Below, piece by piece: positions 1 through 13,049 of a stretch of DNA of 64,000 bases. The notes beneath the pieces were generated by a model that saw only the letters and a program-made list of their open reading frames with translations, made no database searches and was not told the origin of the DNA. Numbering within the stretch: the first letter of the stretch is position 1; each line of letters opens with the position of its first letter. The DNA comes from Raillietiella orientalis (lineage: Eukaryota): NCBI GenBank assembly GCA_036172245.1, contig JAYWIR010000001.1:6386001-6450000 (forward strand), written 5' to 3'. Both the position numbers and the translations under genes were made by a program.

Positions 1-299
1 AAAGGGGAAAAGGAAAGGGGAAAAACCGGAGTCCACGCATGCGCCTCTGCAAAGCGGGGTGCGTGAATGAATGGGCGGGCTGCGTTGGTTGCTGACCGTG
101 AATGATCGCCGTGGGATGGCGCCGGTGGACGCCGGGGCGGAACGAGAGTGCGCGACCGGCCCTGGCGACGGAACCGGCTGGCAGCGGGGACCGCGGCGAC
201 CCCGAACCGCTCGAGGACTCCGGCGCGCAGTTGACTTGAAGCGCGACGGGACCGCGCCGGAAAGATGGCTTCCGCGAGCCGAGGGCGGTCGGGCTCGTG

Positions 300-822
300 C
301 CCGACCTCCCTCGGCTGCAAAAAAATGTCTTCTCGGTTTCATCACCCGCTCCGGAACCAGGAGCTCGTCGATCCGCAGCACCAGGGAAAGCAGAGAATGC
401 AGCTCACGCGCACCTGACACCCCGGGTGAACTCGAACGCTCAGCAGCAAACCGGAAGCTCCTCACCCCTCCGGCCCAGGAGGAAACCGCACTGCGTCCGG
501 CTCGTCTTCCACACTCTCGAAACTATGCAGCAAGTGCTTGCCGGCATCCTCGGAAGGATGCTGAGGACCGCCCGCAGCAGGATGTGACTCCTTCCCGCGG
601 CTCCCCTCCTTCCAAATCTATTTATTTATTTTCGTTTTTGTTTCTTTGTTTCCTTTTTGCCTGCCCCCCTCCCTTCTGCTGCCGTGGAGGACCTCACCGG
701 TCTGCGGTAACCCGGCAGGCTCTCGGTAAGACGGACGTGGTTGGGGACCACCGGTCCAACCAGGATCTTCTGAGAGTATTTATTTTCATCTAAATGAACG
801 CCCCGGTGCACCCAGGTGTGAA
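300..822 (+). mobile_element. Non-LTR retrotransposon 3' end, family A copy 1
   Basis: The C-terminal peptide MQQVLAGILGRMLRTARSRM*, a T-rich tract and the 3' UTR are homologous to the copies at about 16.8 kb and 25.75 kb. Confidence 0.75.
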
Positions 823-2049
823 CACGCTCCGGGAAAAATCGCTCCCGATCGCCCTTCCTGGCGCTCGAAGCGTGCAGAAAGGTCCCGTGGCCGCTGATGC
901 GAGACCGCGTTGAGGCTTGCTTGTTTCGGGAACCGTGCTCTTTCGCTCGGGGGACGAGGAAAAACCACGAGGTGCTGCTCCCGTCACGTGCTGCAGAGCG
1001 GGAGCGCGGATCCCCATCGACGGCTTCCGGGAGAACTTCCCGTTCGGTGCGGCCACCGCGCAGACCACGGTCGGTTCTTTTTTAAGCGGCGCCGAAAATC
1101 GAAAAAAAAAATCCGAGAATCGAAATTCCTCTGGACCGAGGGAATCCTCTCTCTCCCCCCCCCCCTTTCCATAAGGGTCGGATTTCTCACGTCATTAAGA
1201 AAATCAAGGGATCACCAAACATTTTGAAACAGCCACCACAGAGGAGTGGAGTCTTTGAGACTCGTTCCTCTGGGACCCCTGGGCTCCCTTGGGATCGCTC
1301 GCCTTTCTGCTTTGAGGGCAAGGCAAACGGGAACACGAGGTAGGCAGCTGTGGGCCGACATTTTTCCACACACGCGTTTTTATTGCATTACGGAAACTCC
1401 GTTCACAAATGCTTGGTATTTTTTTTTTTTTTTAGAAAAAAAAAAAAGAAGAAGCTACATGCATGCGCCCGCACGTACACACGCAAACAAATACAAACTA
1501 TATACATATACGGAATTACTGACAGTGAATTTTTCATCTAATTATATACGGCGCCGCACTCTGCGCGTGCGCACGTTTCTGTGTTACCCCGGGGAGGGGG
1601 CAGCACGTGTGCAAAGCGAATGAAATTCCCTAAAAGAGAAATGGCTGAAGACATCCGGGGTCGGCGCGATCCCGAATCGCACAGAAGCAAGTAATAACTA
1701 CTAGTAACAACAGCTAGTAGTGGCGGCGAAAATCGAGCTCTCGTGAGGGAGCGAACCTCCACGTCCCGGCGGATCTCCGACCCTCGCGTTTCCGGCGCGG
1801 CTCGCGTGCACTTGGGGTGTTCCGATCACGCGGATCCGGGAGTGGGGGAAGCGTCGGAGAGGAGGACGCGGTGGCGCCGGTCCGCCGACGCGCCACCGCG
1901 GCAAGAAAGGAAAAACCAGGAGTACGGTCCTGGCCCGGGGGATTCCCTCCCCTTCCCCCTTCCTCCTCGCGGGGAACAGCACCTTCGTGAAACGGTCGCC
2001 TCCCAGCGTTTGCGGCCACCTCGCCGACTTGCGTTCCGCGCGACGTGAA

Positions 2050-2745
2050 GACGGGTCGGTGCTCGGACCCCCGTCGACAAGGGGTCTCCGCCGATGGACT
2101 CCGTCGCGGACGGGCCCTTCTTGGCCTTGGGGATACGCACCGAGCGCCTGAAGGCGGAGCGGCCCGAGCCGGTCTCGCGCAGACAGGGGCTTCCCGTCAG
2201 TCGGAGGAGAAGCTGAGGGTCGACCTCCCAGGCTGGAAGGTGGCGGAAATGGCGACGTCGCCAGACTCCCGGAGTCGCAGCAACCTTCCCACGCCACCCC
2301 TTCCCGGGAAGGAAAGGGTAAGCCGACGCTGCAAACGGACAGGCGCATCGGTCGAGCGGGCAGCAACGGGTGTCAGGCGCAGTCCAAAGGGCGCATTGGT
2401 GACCGCGGCTGCTGCACTCCTCACGCAAGGCCGGCCGCAAGACGGACGTCGTTCTTCGCCGAGACCTGCCCGTTCCGTCCATCGCTTACTCCCATTCCTT
2501 TCCCAGCATCCCCGCTGCTCCAGTACCTCTCCTTTCGCTGCCGCCCACACCGGGGTTCCGTCCCATCAACGTTTCTGGATAGACGCGGACGAAATTCCAC
2601 GAAGCACCAACGACAACACACGTTCGGGCACCGCATTTCTGGTAGCGAAGGGGGCCGGCCCGAGCGCGAGGAGAGAGGATCGCCAGCCCTGGGCAGCGCC
2701 AGACAGCGGGCGGAGCGAGAAGGCTGCCCGAGGTCGTCCAACCTG
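2050..2745 (-). mobile_element. Decayed L1/Tx1-type AP-endonuclease remnant
   Basis: APE-like motifs in order, with frame disruptions: GLAIL, ARTCVV..NFVRVYP, MLGKEWE (~GGDWN), PLDR (~RLDR), WEVDPQLL (~WKLNxSLL). Confidence 0.55.
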
Positions 2746-5700
2746 ACAACCACGCATCAACCGGAACGAACCGAGGCGGTGACCGCGGTGCGCAGCAGGC
2801 GGCGTCGCACGCGTACTACGGGGCCGCAGCAACCGGGAGCGACACTCACGGGAGAAGTCGATGCCATCCTCGCTCCCGCGGTGCGCGCGCGCGCGCAAGA
2901 GAGAGAGAGAGAGAGACGGGGGAGACGCACGCCACGGACAGGGAGAACAGTGAGGGCGGAGCTTCCGCCGCGGTTTGGGCACGGGAGCAGGCCGGGATGT
3001 TCGGATGGATGGGTGTCGCCCATCCGTGCCGCTCCTGAAACCCGGCGGGGCAGGGCGAGCGAGGGTCAGGTAGGGTTGCCAGGAGCGCGCGCTGCCGCAC
3101 GCGCGCAGGGAATGCTCGGAGCCGAAGCTGGGCATGTGAAGAGAGCAGCCACCCTGCCCCCTTTCCCTCTCGCCCGTTCTCCCGGGAACGCCTCGGCGTT
3201 GTTCCCCAACTCGACCACCTCCTCCTCCGTCCTATCCCGTCGTGCCTGGAGTTACCCTCCCACGGACCGCAAACGCTTGCTCTCCCCCGCGAGCGCCTTC
3301 TCGGACCGCCGCGCACGTCTGGACGGCGTTCCTCGGACGCGGAGGTGAGGGCGGGCGAAGGAACGCCGGGGATGACCACCCCGGATTGTTGCCCAGGGAA
3401 GATGCCAGAGCGCTGCCCCGAAATGTTGCCCAGGGGAAGCGACACCCTCCCTCCCCTTGCGTCTCCAGCCCGGCGCCCCTCCTTCCCTGCTCCAAACATG
3501 GTACTCACAAGATCCGTTGTGGTTCCTGGACAGGATCCTGTTGGTGACGAGACTCCCGAAGGTGGTGGAGGAGGCCGGCGGGTGACCGTTAACCATCGCT
3601 GAACAAAAACTCAGGGCAGGGGAGTGCAAACGTTCCGGGACGGATACCGGGATAACTCCGGGAGACATCGCGTTCCCTACGCCGTTCGGGACCTCGGAGT
3701 GGGCAGGAAACTGGTGCATGAAAACGCCTGGGTCCGGTCCTCCAGAGTCAGCAACCTTCCGGGAGACGAAAGGAGCTACAGCGCCGGCGACGAACGACGT
3801 GCGCTGGGAGCGGCAGGCGGCTCCGAACTTTCACTCTTCCAGACAGATCGCAGACGGAGGCGGAGGGGATTCGGGAGTGCGCGGGAAACGGGACGCTCGA
3901 CAGAAAAGGCACGAGGGGAGAGACACACACCACTCCCTCCCCTCCCTTCCCCTCTGCAGGGCAGAGACCCCACTCGTTTTCCCCTCTCTCCCATCCTCGT
4001 CCGGTTTCCGTCGGCCACCACCACCACCACCACACGCGAGCCGCCACCACCTCTCAACACCGCCGCCGTCCCTTCGCAACGGGGGAAGGGGAAGGGGAAG
4101 GGATCGGCAGGGGGGGGGGGGAGGAGGACGACGAGGAGGACACAGGGAGCAGGGATGAAGGCGCCAAGGCGCCGCACTGCCATTACCTCGCGTGTGCGCG
4201 CGCGCGCGACGATCCGCGAGTTCGACTCCCCGTCCGTGGCGAATTCACCGCCGGTTGTATCCGCCCCGGAGACGCAGAGAGCGCCGCATCCAGCCGGCTT
4301 CTTGCAGTACGCGCGCCGGGGTGACGTGTCGCGCCTCAGAGATACCGAGGCCGCCACGTGCAAATCTCTTCGCCATTCCCAGACGAGTCGCCTCCCTCGC
4401 GTGCGCCTGTGCGCACGCACGCGATTTTTTTTTCTTCTTCTTTTCTTTTCTTTTCTCCTTCTTTTTCTTCCTTTTCTTCCAGCGTCTCCCCCTCCATCCC
4501 GTTCGTTCCCCCCCCCCCCTCCCTCCCTCCCTCCCTCCCTGCCCCTCCGCCGCCGCCGCCGCTACCCGCCGCCGCAGACATCCCCTGGAACAGGAGAAAC
4601 AGGCAAAAAACGAGCTCCGGCGCGGCCAGCTGACGACAACGCGCGAGATGCTGTGGTCGAGGAGCGCTGATCGATGCCGACCAGCTGAGAGAGGATTGGA
4701 AAACCGGAGGCGCCACCGAGGGAAGTTTCGATTACCACGGGGACGCCGGTTCGCACTTCTTCGGTCGAGTTCGTCTGCAGAACGGGACGGGAAAGAGCCA
4801 GCGGGAAGAGCCTTTCCTTCCGAGATCCGCGGGGCAGCCGAGCACGGAGATGGCATTTCCGGGACAGCGCCCATCGGGACTCCGGGAGACCCGACGCCTC
4901 GGATCACGAATGACCCAAGGCAGAAGAACAGAATTCGCAGGAGGAAGCGCAGCACGTATCCTCAACATGGAAGAAGGAGGCAATTCCTTCGGGGATGAAC
5001 CGTTGACCCCAGGAACGAAACGTAAGCACGGAGGATGAATGATTCTTGCGCAAAGGTCATTCGCGAGCTGCCCTCTCCGCAAGACAGCTACGAACCCTCT
5101 AGACCTTCCCTGGAGCGTGTCTGAGGAAAACTCTACGCCACGAGGAAAAGTGTTGTTTCCTTCTTTCTTGCTCTCCGCCCTTTCCCTTCCCCTCTCCCTC
5201 TGGCTCATTAAGCAGTGCTTCTTCCCGATCCGCAGCTATGAGCCTTTCGCCTCCGCTCCTTGCATCTCAAGGCGTTCGGTGACGTGACTCACTAACGAAA
5301 GCGAATCCCCCGCAAATGGAGAAGGCAGCCAATAAGAGAAAACACTCCATTCCCTCCCCCCATCCCCCACCTTCCCCTTTCGTTGCGGGAAAGAGAATGC
5401 CACGTATTTAGCGGAGGCGGAGATGCAAAGACGATTTAAATTCCGGATCGATTTTTAAACGGAGATTACCCAATCAGCTGCCTCGCGCCCAAATGAAAGC
5501 GCGCGGCGAATGCCCGCGGATTTCTCCGCAATCGGGCGTGATCGGGCCGAATACGAAGGCGTTGCACAACGCACCGTCCCGTTCGCGTTGCGTGTCGCCG
5601 GGGCGACGCGCGTGGGCCGCCGCCGCAACGAACGTCGTCTGCGCGAGTAGGGACGGCATGGCGCGAGCCTTTCAGGAACTGACGTGACCCCCGGTGGAAC

Positions 5701-5789
5701 CAGTGCGAGAGCAGGAGAGTCCAGTTCCTCGCCGCCTCACTTCCAATGCCACCCTTGTTTTTTCTTTTTCTTCTTCTTCTTCTTCACCT

Positions 5790-6070
5790 GTTTCGCTGAG
5801 GAGGAAAAGACGGTCCGGAGTGCCCCTCCAGAGGACATCCCAAGAAACATGGGACCGCACCGGGAAAGATGGGAGAAGGAATGGCGACCCGCGTGGTGCC
5901 GTGCTCCGTTCCTGTTCGACTCTAGGGGTGGGGGCGCGACGCCGGCCTTCGCGAACGGTGCTCTGCAATTCTTCCGGCGCCTCAATGGTGCGCTGCTGCC
6001 GGTGGATGGAGGAAGCAGGAGGGCTAGGTACCCCATGCACACGGATCCCCTGGGAGTAAGAGAATAGTTC
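5790..6070 (+). mobile_element. Decayed non-LTR zf-RVT-region remnant
   Basis: RWEKEWRPAW..LQFFRRLNGALLP resembles the W..F.R.L.GxLP segment preceding the RT zinc finger. Confidence 0.4.
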
Positions 6071-7429
6071 CGGAAAGGGTTGCGTCTAGGTTTTGCCAGG
6101 CAGCGACATAGCAGTTTCGCGTTTTACAGCGTCGTTCGACGAGCGTTCGGATTCCGTTTGCAGCTGAGAGCCGAAAAGCGTCGTTTCCCGCGAAGCAGCA
6201 ACACCGCCTGTCGTGCGGCTTTCCGAGCTGTTGCCATCAGCTTTGTTGCGTCGAGTTCCGGTTGCCGCTTTGCCGTCGCAACGGCAACGGAGAGAGTTCT
6301 CGAAGGAGACGCCGAGGGAGAGAGAGAGAGAGAGGGAGAGAAGGTGGGGGGGGGGGAGGAACACACCTCCTGTCCACATTGTTAAAATCGATCAAATTCG
6401 GTTTCGCGGCTAAAAATATCCGCTGCCAACAATGTAGACGTCAGGTCGACAATCGCCTCCGGGAACGAAAAGTGCCGCAGCCCGCCAGAACGGTGAGAAC
6501 GCCTCGGCTCTTTTCATTTCAATTCGCCGCAGTCCAGAGAGCACTTTTGAGAACGGATCAAAACCGAAGGCAGCGAAGAGCCGCGCTTTCCTTTCGCCTC
6601 CCCTCGCCGGTAGCTCCAAAGCCGGTAGCTCGTCTCGTTCCAGGCACTCCGAACTCGCCTGTTCCGCGCCTCTGAGGGAGACATAGACGATAGACGGAGG
6701 CCGGGCCTCGGATCATGCTCTGTGCGATGAGAGTGAGCTCCTTCCAGGGCCGAACGGCGCCAGCGCACCCGCTGGACCGACAGCAGCTCCAGTCCTGCCC
6801 CCTTTGGCGCACTCTTCACAGGCAGCGAGGGGATTCCGAACGTGTGCTGGGAAAACGCGCGGCAGCGCGCTTCCTTCGCGCTGTTTCCGAGATCAGCGGC
6901 CTAGTTTCTTCTTCTTCGCTCTCTTTCTGCCTTGGCGTTCTTTTTTCCTCCTCCTCTTTTTTTTTTTTTTTTGTTTTCCAGAGCGAAAACGAAAATCAAA
7001 CAACGAGAAGGGGTCGCTCCCGTCCGGTGGAAACGGCCACCAACGACTGGCCGGCACATCGGATGATTCCTGGTGGAAAGGCGGAGATGGATTTTCGCTC
7101 TGGCTGCCGTTTTTTGCTCCTGAAACGTTTTCTTTCCATGTATGCGTAGCTGTTTTGCATTGTCTTTTTTTTTTTTCTTTTCCTTCCTTCTTTTCCTCTT
7201 CTTCATGTCCCTCTCCTTTCAGCTCCCTGATCTCTCCGATGAGACATTCCTCACCTTCAAAAGTAGACGTGCGGAATCGAAAAACGTCGACACAAAAAAA
7301 GGGGGGGGGGGAAGAGGCAAAAAAAGGAGCAGGGAGAAGAGGGGGGGGAGAGGAAGTCTGCTGGTTGTCGCCATTTTCCCGTCTCCTGCTCCGGAGAACC
7401 ATACATACACGTTCCTTGCCTTGAAAACG

Positions 7430-7700
7430 GTTGATCGGTCGGCCGGGCAGACGGAAGCAGGGGCGATCGCCATGCAGTGGTGGCGACGACTTCCCGCCCT
7501 TGACGCCTCCCATGAGTACAGAGGAGGAAAGTGGCGCGTTCCGGAGAAGGGGCAGTAAGGATGCAGAGAGATGCCTCCCGCAAAGCGGCTTTCGGAGGCT
7601 CGGCGTCAAGGATCTGCGCAACCTTCCTCTTTTCGCATCCAGGCCCGGAGGTCAGGGAACTGCTCTCAGGACCTCTCGGGCACGAGGCTGCCGTTCCTCG
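7430..7700 (+). mobile_element. Decayed L1/Tx1 RT thumb remnant
   Basis: CLPQSGFRRLGVKDLRN resembles CLPKxxGGLGVxDL. Confidence 0.5.
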
Positions 7701-10700
7701 CGTCTTGCAAACTTCCCTCCTCCCGGGCACTGGGGGGGGGAGGGGGCTCGGTAGCCTCCGCTTGCTCTGAAACCCCCGGAGAGAACAAAAAAGATGCAGA
7801 GTGGCTGTCGCATTCCGGGGAATGCGAGCGACGGGCCGCTGCTGCTGCGGGAAGGCCAGAAGACCACCGCTGGTGGGAAGATGCTTAGGGCAGCGACCTA
7901 GAGAGGCGGTGGCAACAGCCATCATCTCCCGACGGCAGCCGCTCGTGCCTGTTGCCACGGCGGCGGTTCCTGCGCGGCAGCGGCGCGCAAGAGAGAGACA
8001 GGCAGGAAGCCATTTCCTCGCTGCCGTCGCCAGGGAAGACGCAAGGGATGGGGTAGGAGGAATACGGCGTTCCTCCGGAGAAACGTCGTTGCTTCCCCTC
8101 TCTGTCCCGCGGAGATCCACTGCGGCGCTGTCGTCCTGGCCACCCCAGAGGGAAGGAGGGGTGGCTGCTCTCCAAGGTACGAGTCGCCGCCGCTGCCCTC
8201 GTCCGTTCCTCAAGGACACCGTAGCCTCCCTCCCGATCCGCCGGTGGCCACAGGAGCCTCCGAGCGGGTGGTGGGGAACGCGGCCCGGAAACAAACGGTC
8301 GGCCGCTTCTTTCTGGAGGGAGGGGGGGGGGGGGGGCAAGCCTCGCGGGGCGGGGCCGAAGGAGGGTCTCATCCTGGGCGTCATGTGACTCGGACGCGCC
8401 CAGCTCAGCGGTCAGGGCGAGGAGCTTCTTGGAGTACACAGTGAGGGACTCCCTCCCGTTGCTTTGAGGGGGGGGGGAAGGAATAGGCTGTTTCCTCGCC
8501 AACGGAGGAGCACCTGTGCCTCGAAAGGAGCGGGGTCACCAGGACGCCTCCGGGCGAAGTCGCCAGTAGGCCAACAATTCCTCCGCTTCGTGGGGTGGAC
8601 GAGGGTCTCGGCCAAGCCATCCCAGAGTCGGCGGCGCCTCCTGACTGATGAGGAGAGGAGCACCCAGATCGGAACTGCTCGCGGGCCCTCGGCAGAGCGC
8701 GAGGCGCGTTGACGCAGAGGGCGCCACCTCCGCCCCTTCCGCTGCTGCAGCGACGAAGGGATGCAGATGTGCCTCCCTCCCGCTTGCGATGCCACCCGCC
8801 GGGGCCAAGTCCCTGATTGGGGAGGGGGAGGGGAGGAACGAAAGGGGAAGGAACGAAGGGGCCGGGGGGTGTTTCCTATGGCGACGGACGTGTTCAGAGG
8901 GAAAGGAGGCTGGGCAGCTTCCAAGCCCGGGCGCACGCAGAGGCAGGAGAGGATTTCGGAGGGGGAAGGGGGGCAGCCCCCGTCCTCCTCCTCCCCGCTC
9001 TTGTCTCTCTTCCTTGCAGACGCGGCCTTTTGAGAGAACGTTCCCTTGGTTGCGCTCGCGGCGACGCCGAGCTCCCCCTCCCCCTTTCCTCTGTAGACCT
9101 GCAGAGACGGTCCGGAGGTGGGGCAGCGAGAGCTTCGAAACAAGGATGGCAGCGGCTTCCCGAAAGATGGCGTTCGCCTACCGTCCCTCCCTCACCTCGC
9201 GTGCCTCCGTCCCGCCAGACAAGATGGCTGCTGCCTCGCTCTCCAGACGGCAACGAGGGGAGGAGTCTCTCCCCCCCCTCGTTTCCTGTTGTTTTTTTCC
9301 TTTTTTTGCGAGCGAGCGCGCTTTTTTGTCCCCCCCCCCCCTCTCCGCGACGTTTCGCCACGCGGCGCCGATGTCGTCTCCAGACGCCTGGGCAGACCGG
9401 CAAGGCCGAGTTTCGTTTTCATCCCTGGGGAAGTCGGAGGGGGAGGGAGGAGAAAAAGATTTTTTTTCCCGGAGGGGGGGAGCAAACAAGCAAAAAAAAG
9501 AAAAAAAGAGAAAAAAAGGCCACTCTCGCGCGCGCACGTGTTTTTTTTTTTTTTTTAGAGTCGCGACTGGAAATTTTCATGCGGCGATTTGCCGTGGGCG
9601 GCAGGTGTCTTCGCCCCCTCCCCCTCCCGTGATGCTGGACTCCCTATTGCTGCCGCCGCCATCTCCACGCGCACAACGTCTCGGAAAGTCCCCTCCCCCC
9701 AAAAGGAGGGAATCGAGAAACTTTCAGCGCGCCCCCCTCGGCTCTTCTGCCGCGGTCGCGCCTGCCCGCTCCTGTTCGCCTCCTCCCGCCACGCCCAGCA
9801 TCATCGATGCGCCCCGCGGAGCATGCAGCGGCCGTGCTCCCGTTGCGGGGGTCATCCCGACGGGTCTCGCGAGAGAGCGTCAGGGAGGGCTCAAGGTGGT
9901 GGCAGAGGAAACGGGAGTTCTGGTGCGAGCCGCCGCCGGCTGGATTCCTCGGAAACGCCGTGGAAAGCGTTCCCGCCTCTCCCTTCCCTCTTTAGGCGAG
10001 TCAGGGAGACCGCGCGGAAAGTTAGCGAAGGCGACCCACGCACGCGTTCGCCTCTCCCTCCGTGTCTTCGGTTTCTCCTCCCCCTTCCCAGCTTTTTCGT
10101 TTCCGCGGCTACCAAAGGAAGGGAAGGAGGAAGGGGTGGCTGGAAGTTGCGCGCACGGAAACGCGGCGGCGTCCACCGTCACACACGACACCGGTGGGTT
10201 GGGGCAACCTTCCTTCCTTTCGTAGCCGTGGAAACGGAAGGCAGCTTGCGCGTTACGGGAACGAGAGCGGGCCGTCAGCGACACACGCTTGCGTGCGCCA
10301 GACTACGCTACTCGCACGTGCTACGCGCGCGCACACGTGGCCAACGGACTTTTCGCGAGTACAGCGTGCGCGCGCCTGCCAGGTGGCCGCGCGCGTGGGG
10401 CGTTTCTGCCCGCGCCAGCACATGGGCGTTCTCCCGCCCGCATTTCGAGCCGAAGCGCATGTTTGTGCTCTCGCGCGTGTGAACGAGCGGGTGCTCGCGC
10501 CGATCACGCACGTTCGCACGCGTCTCCCCGCGAGCCTCCCGTGCACGTGCGACACTGGCGCCTGCAGGGGCGCTTTTCAGCGCGGTGCGCGCCATCGGCA
10601 CGGCTGCCGCTGCACGCCTGGCGTTTCGCGCGGCAGGCGGGGTGAGCCGTGCGCGCAGGCAGGTGGCGCCGCCCCTGCGGCGGCAGCTCTGCAATCGAGC

Positions 10701-13049
10701 GTGCTCTGAGGTTAAGCCTGCGGCAGGTTTCCGCATCCCGCGCGGCCTGGCTAAATATAGCCTTCCCTGACGGCGGCGGGCACAATGTATCCTTTCCGCC
10801 GGGAGACCGCGCGCTCCCGGCGGTGCCTTCTTTTCTTCCTTTCCCTCCCTCTCTCGTGTTTTGTTTTATGTTTTTTTTTTTGCTTTCCTTTCTTTCCCCC
10901 TTCCCCTCATAGCGCTGGTATTGACGCAGAGTGGAGGAGGGCGTGCGAGCCGCCATCGTCTCCAGGTTCCCAGCTGCCCCTAGTGCATCGCGGGGAAGGA
11001 AGGTGGGATGGAGGTGCGTCGCTCCCTGCGCCTCCCCCTTGGCCCCTTACTCCTTACTAGCTCCTGTTCCGAGCATTCCGCCTTCCGATACGAGGGGAGG
11101 GGAGGAAAGGCGAGAGCGCAAATATGCCCTAGCGACGAGGGCTGCCCTTAGCGACCGCCGTCGTCAACAATCAACAACGCTGCCCCCCCCCTCCCCCCCG
11201 GCTGCAAGCGCGTTCGCACGCCCTCGGCGCGGAGGAGCGGGCAAGAAGGGCAGCGTAGCTTCGCGTGCGCGCGCGCACCGTCTCCAGGCACCGGTGTTCC
11301 CGGACCGCGCTCGGGAGACCACCTCTCGCAGGGCGGAGGGGGGACGCAGCGTCTTCCCAGACGAGCGCTGTCGTGGCCGGCTGCCGTCGCTGGGCAACGC
11401 GCCGCCGCCTCGCGCGAACACGGCGGCGATGTATGAAGTGGCGCGATGCTGCGACTCCGCGACGCCACACGTGCGGAGAGCGTCTGAGAGAACGCGCGAG
11501 CGGCGGAGATGGCGGCGAAGACAACGGGGGAGGGGGAGGGAGGAAGTTGCAGGGGAAAAACGAAAAAAGGAGCTGCTGCTGCCGTTGCAGCGGCAGCGGC
11601 GGAGGCAAAAACGGCACGTGGTGCCGCCGGCGTGTGGCGCAAGATCGTGTGGGCGTGTCCGTCCGGTTGGGGAGAGGCGCCTCTTCCCGATCGTGCCGGT
11701 CTGCCTGCATCTCAGGGAGCCGCGCGCGTCCTGCGGAATCGATCCGGGAGGAACGGGGAAAACGAAGCGCGCGCGACACACACGTCGCGCGCGCTAAAAA
11801 TACGGCATCGATCTCGGGGACGGGCGGGCCGGGAAAGGTTGGGAGGGGAGGGGGGGGGGGAAGGCGGGAAGAAAAAAAAAGAAAGCAATGAAGAGCGAAA
11901 GCAGAAGGTTTGCCAGGAGTGACGTTCCTCCGTCGGGAACGGAGGAGGAAGAGACGGAGAAGGGGAGGGGGGGAAGCGGTCGGGATGGCGTAACTCATTG
12001 CACGCTGCGGCCAGAGAGAGCGGCGTTTCCGGGAAAGCGGGCGGCGGCAGCGGGGAAGCAAGACGTGAGAGGAACCGGTGGAGGGATGAAGAAGGGTCGC
12101 GTCGATCTTCCACGCACGCAGGCGGGGCCGGCGGCCCTCGGCAACGCCCCTGCGAGTCCCGGATGCGGGATCGCGCTCCGACTCCCTCATGAGCCCACGG
12201 AAGGTCGGTGGGGGGACTCAACCGCGAGGTGCGCTCCAAGTCGGTTTGAGAGGGGGGTGGTGGTGGTCTGCTACTCACGCGCTGCCGACCCTGCCACGGT
12301 GCGAAGGTGGTCAGCCCCTGTCCTGGCACCGCTGGTCAGTCGGTCGGCACCTCCTCGGGGACGGCTGCGGCTACCGGGACTCTTTCCCTGCTGCGCGACA
12401 CGGGAGCTTCCGTGGACCGGAGACGGAGGGGCCGGCTGGGCGCCTCCCGGAGGAGGCCGAAGACGCAGCCCCTGCTTCCCGTCATGCTGAGCGTTCGATG
12501 GCAACTTGCGTGGAACTGCGAATGGCAAGGTGTGAACCGCTGGCTGCAAGGCCGCCGCTGCTCCTTCGGTGCTGGGAAGATGAACGGAGGGGGCGCGCGT
12601 GCTGAGCGCCTCCGGTACGCTTCCTGGCAACCAGGTGTCAGGGAGGCAGTCAGGGAAGTTGCGCCCACCTGGAGGAGAAGCGACGACGAGACGGAACTCA
12701 ACAATGAGGGAGGGATCAACAATGTGGGAGGAGAAACCCTCGAGGGAGGCAGCGACAATGCGCGCCGCCGAATGCGCGCCGCTCTTTTTGCAGCTCAGTC
12801 AAAAACGAATCCCACCATGTCAGGCGAGGGCGCATGGCCCCGGGAGAGGATGACCTCCGGATCGGACCCCCCAGGGAGCAGCAAGAAAACCCTGAGAAGT
12901 GGGCGGGACGGCTCCTCCTGCAAGGGCGGAAGAGAGCCATCTCTTCGACTTGCCTTCCTGGAGCCGCGTTTCTTTCACAGGCTAGCCGGGGCAGAGGGGG
13001 ATTGCCCCTCTCACGGGCCGCTGCCCGCGGCCTCCGGGCACGGTGGAAC

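Noticed and set aside
679-762. HDV-like ribozyme in the family A 3' UTR
   Set aside because: The P3/L3-like hairpin is not followed directly by the P1 3' strand, and no P1.1, J4/2 or P2 arrangement is evident; it also lies at the 3' rather than the 5' end.
4941-5021. Plus-strand exon candidate (MEEGGNSFGDEPLTPGTK|GTAAG)
   Set aside because: The acceptor has no polypyrimidine tract, and there is no partner exon or recognisable homology.
8648-10225. 525-aa ORF and the many other long Arg/Pro/Gly-rich ORFs in 1-14 kb and 23-25 kb
   Set aside because: They overlap in several frames, cross homopolymer runs and show no domain coherence; this is expected from stop-codon scarcity at high GC.
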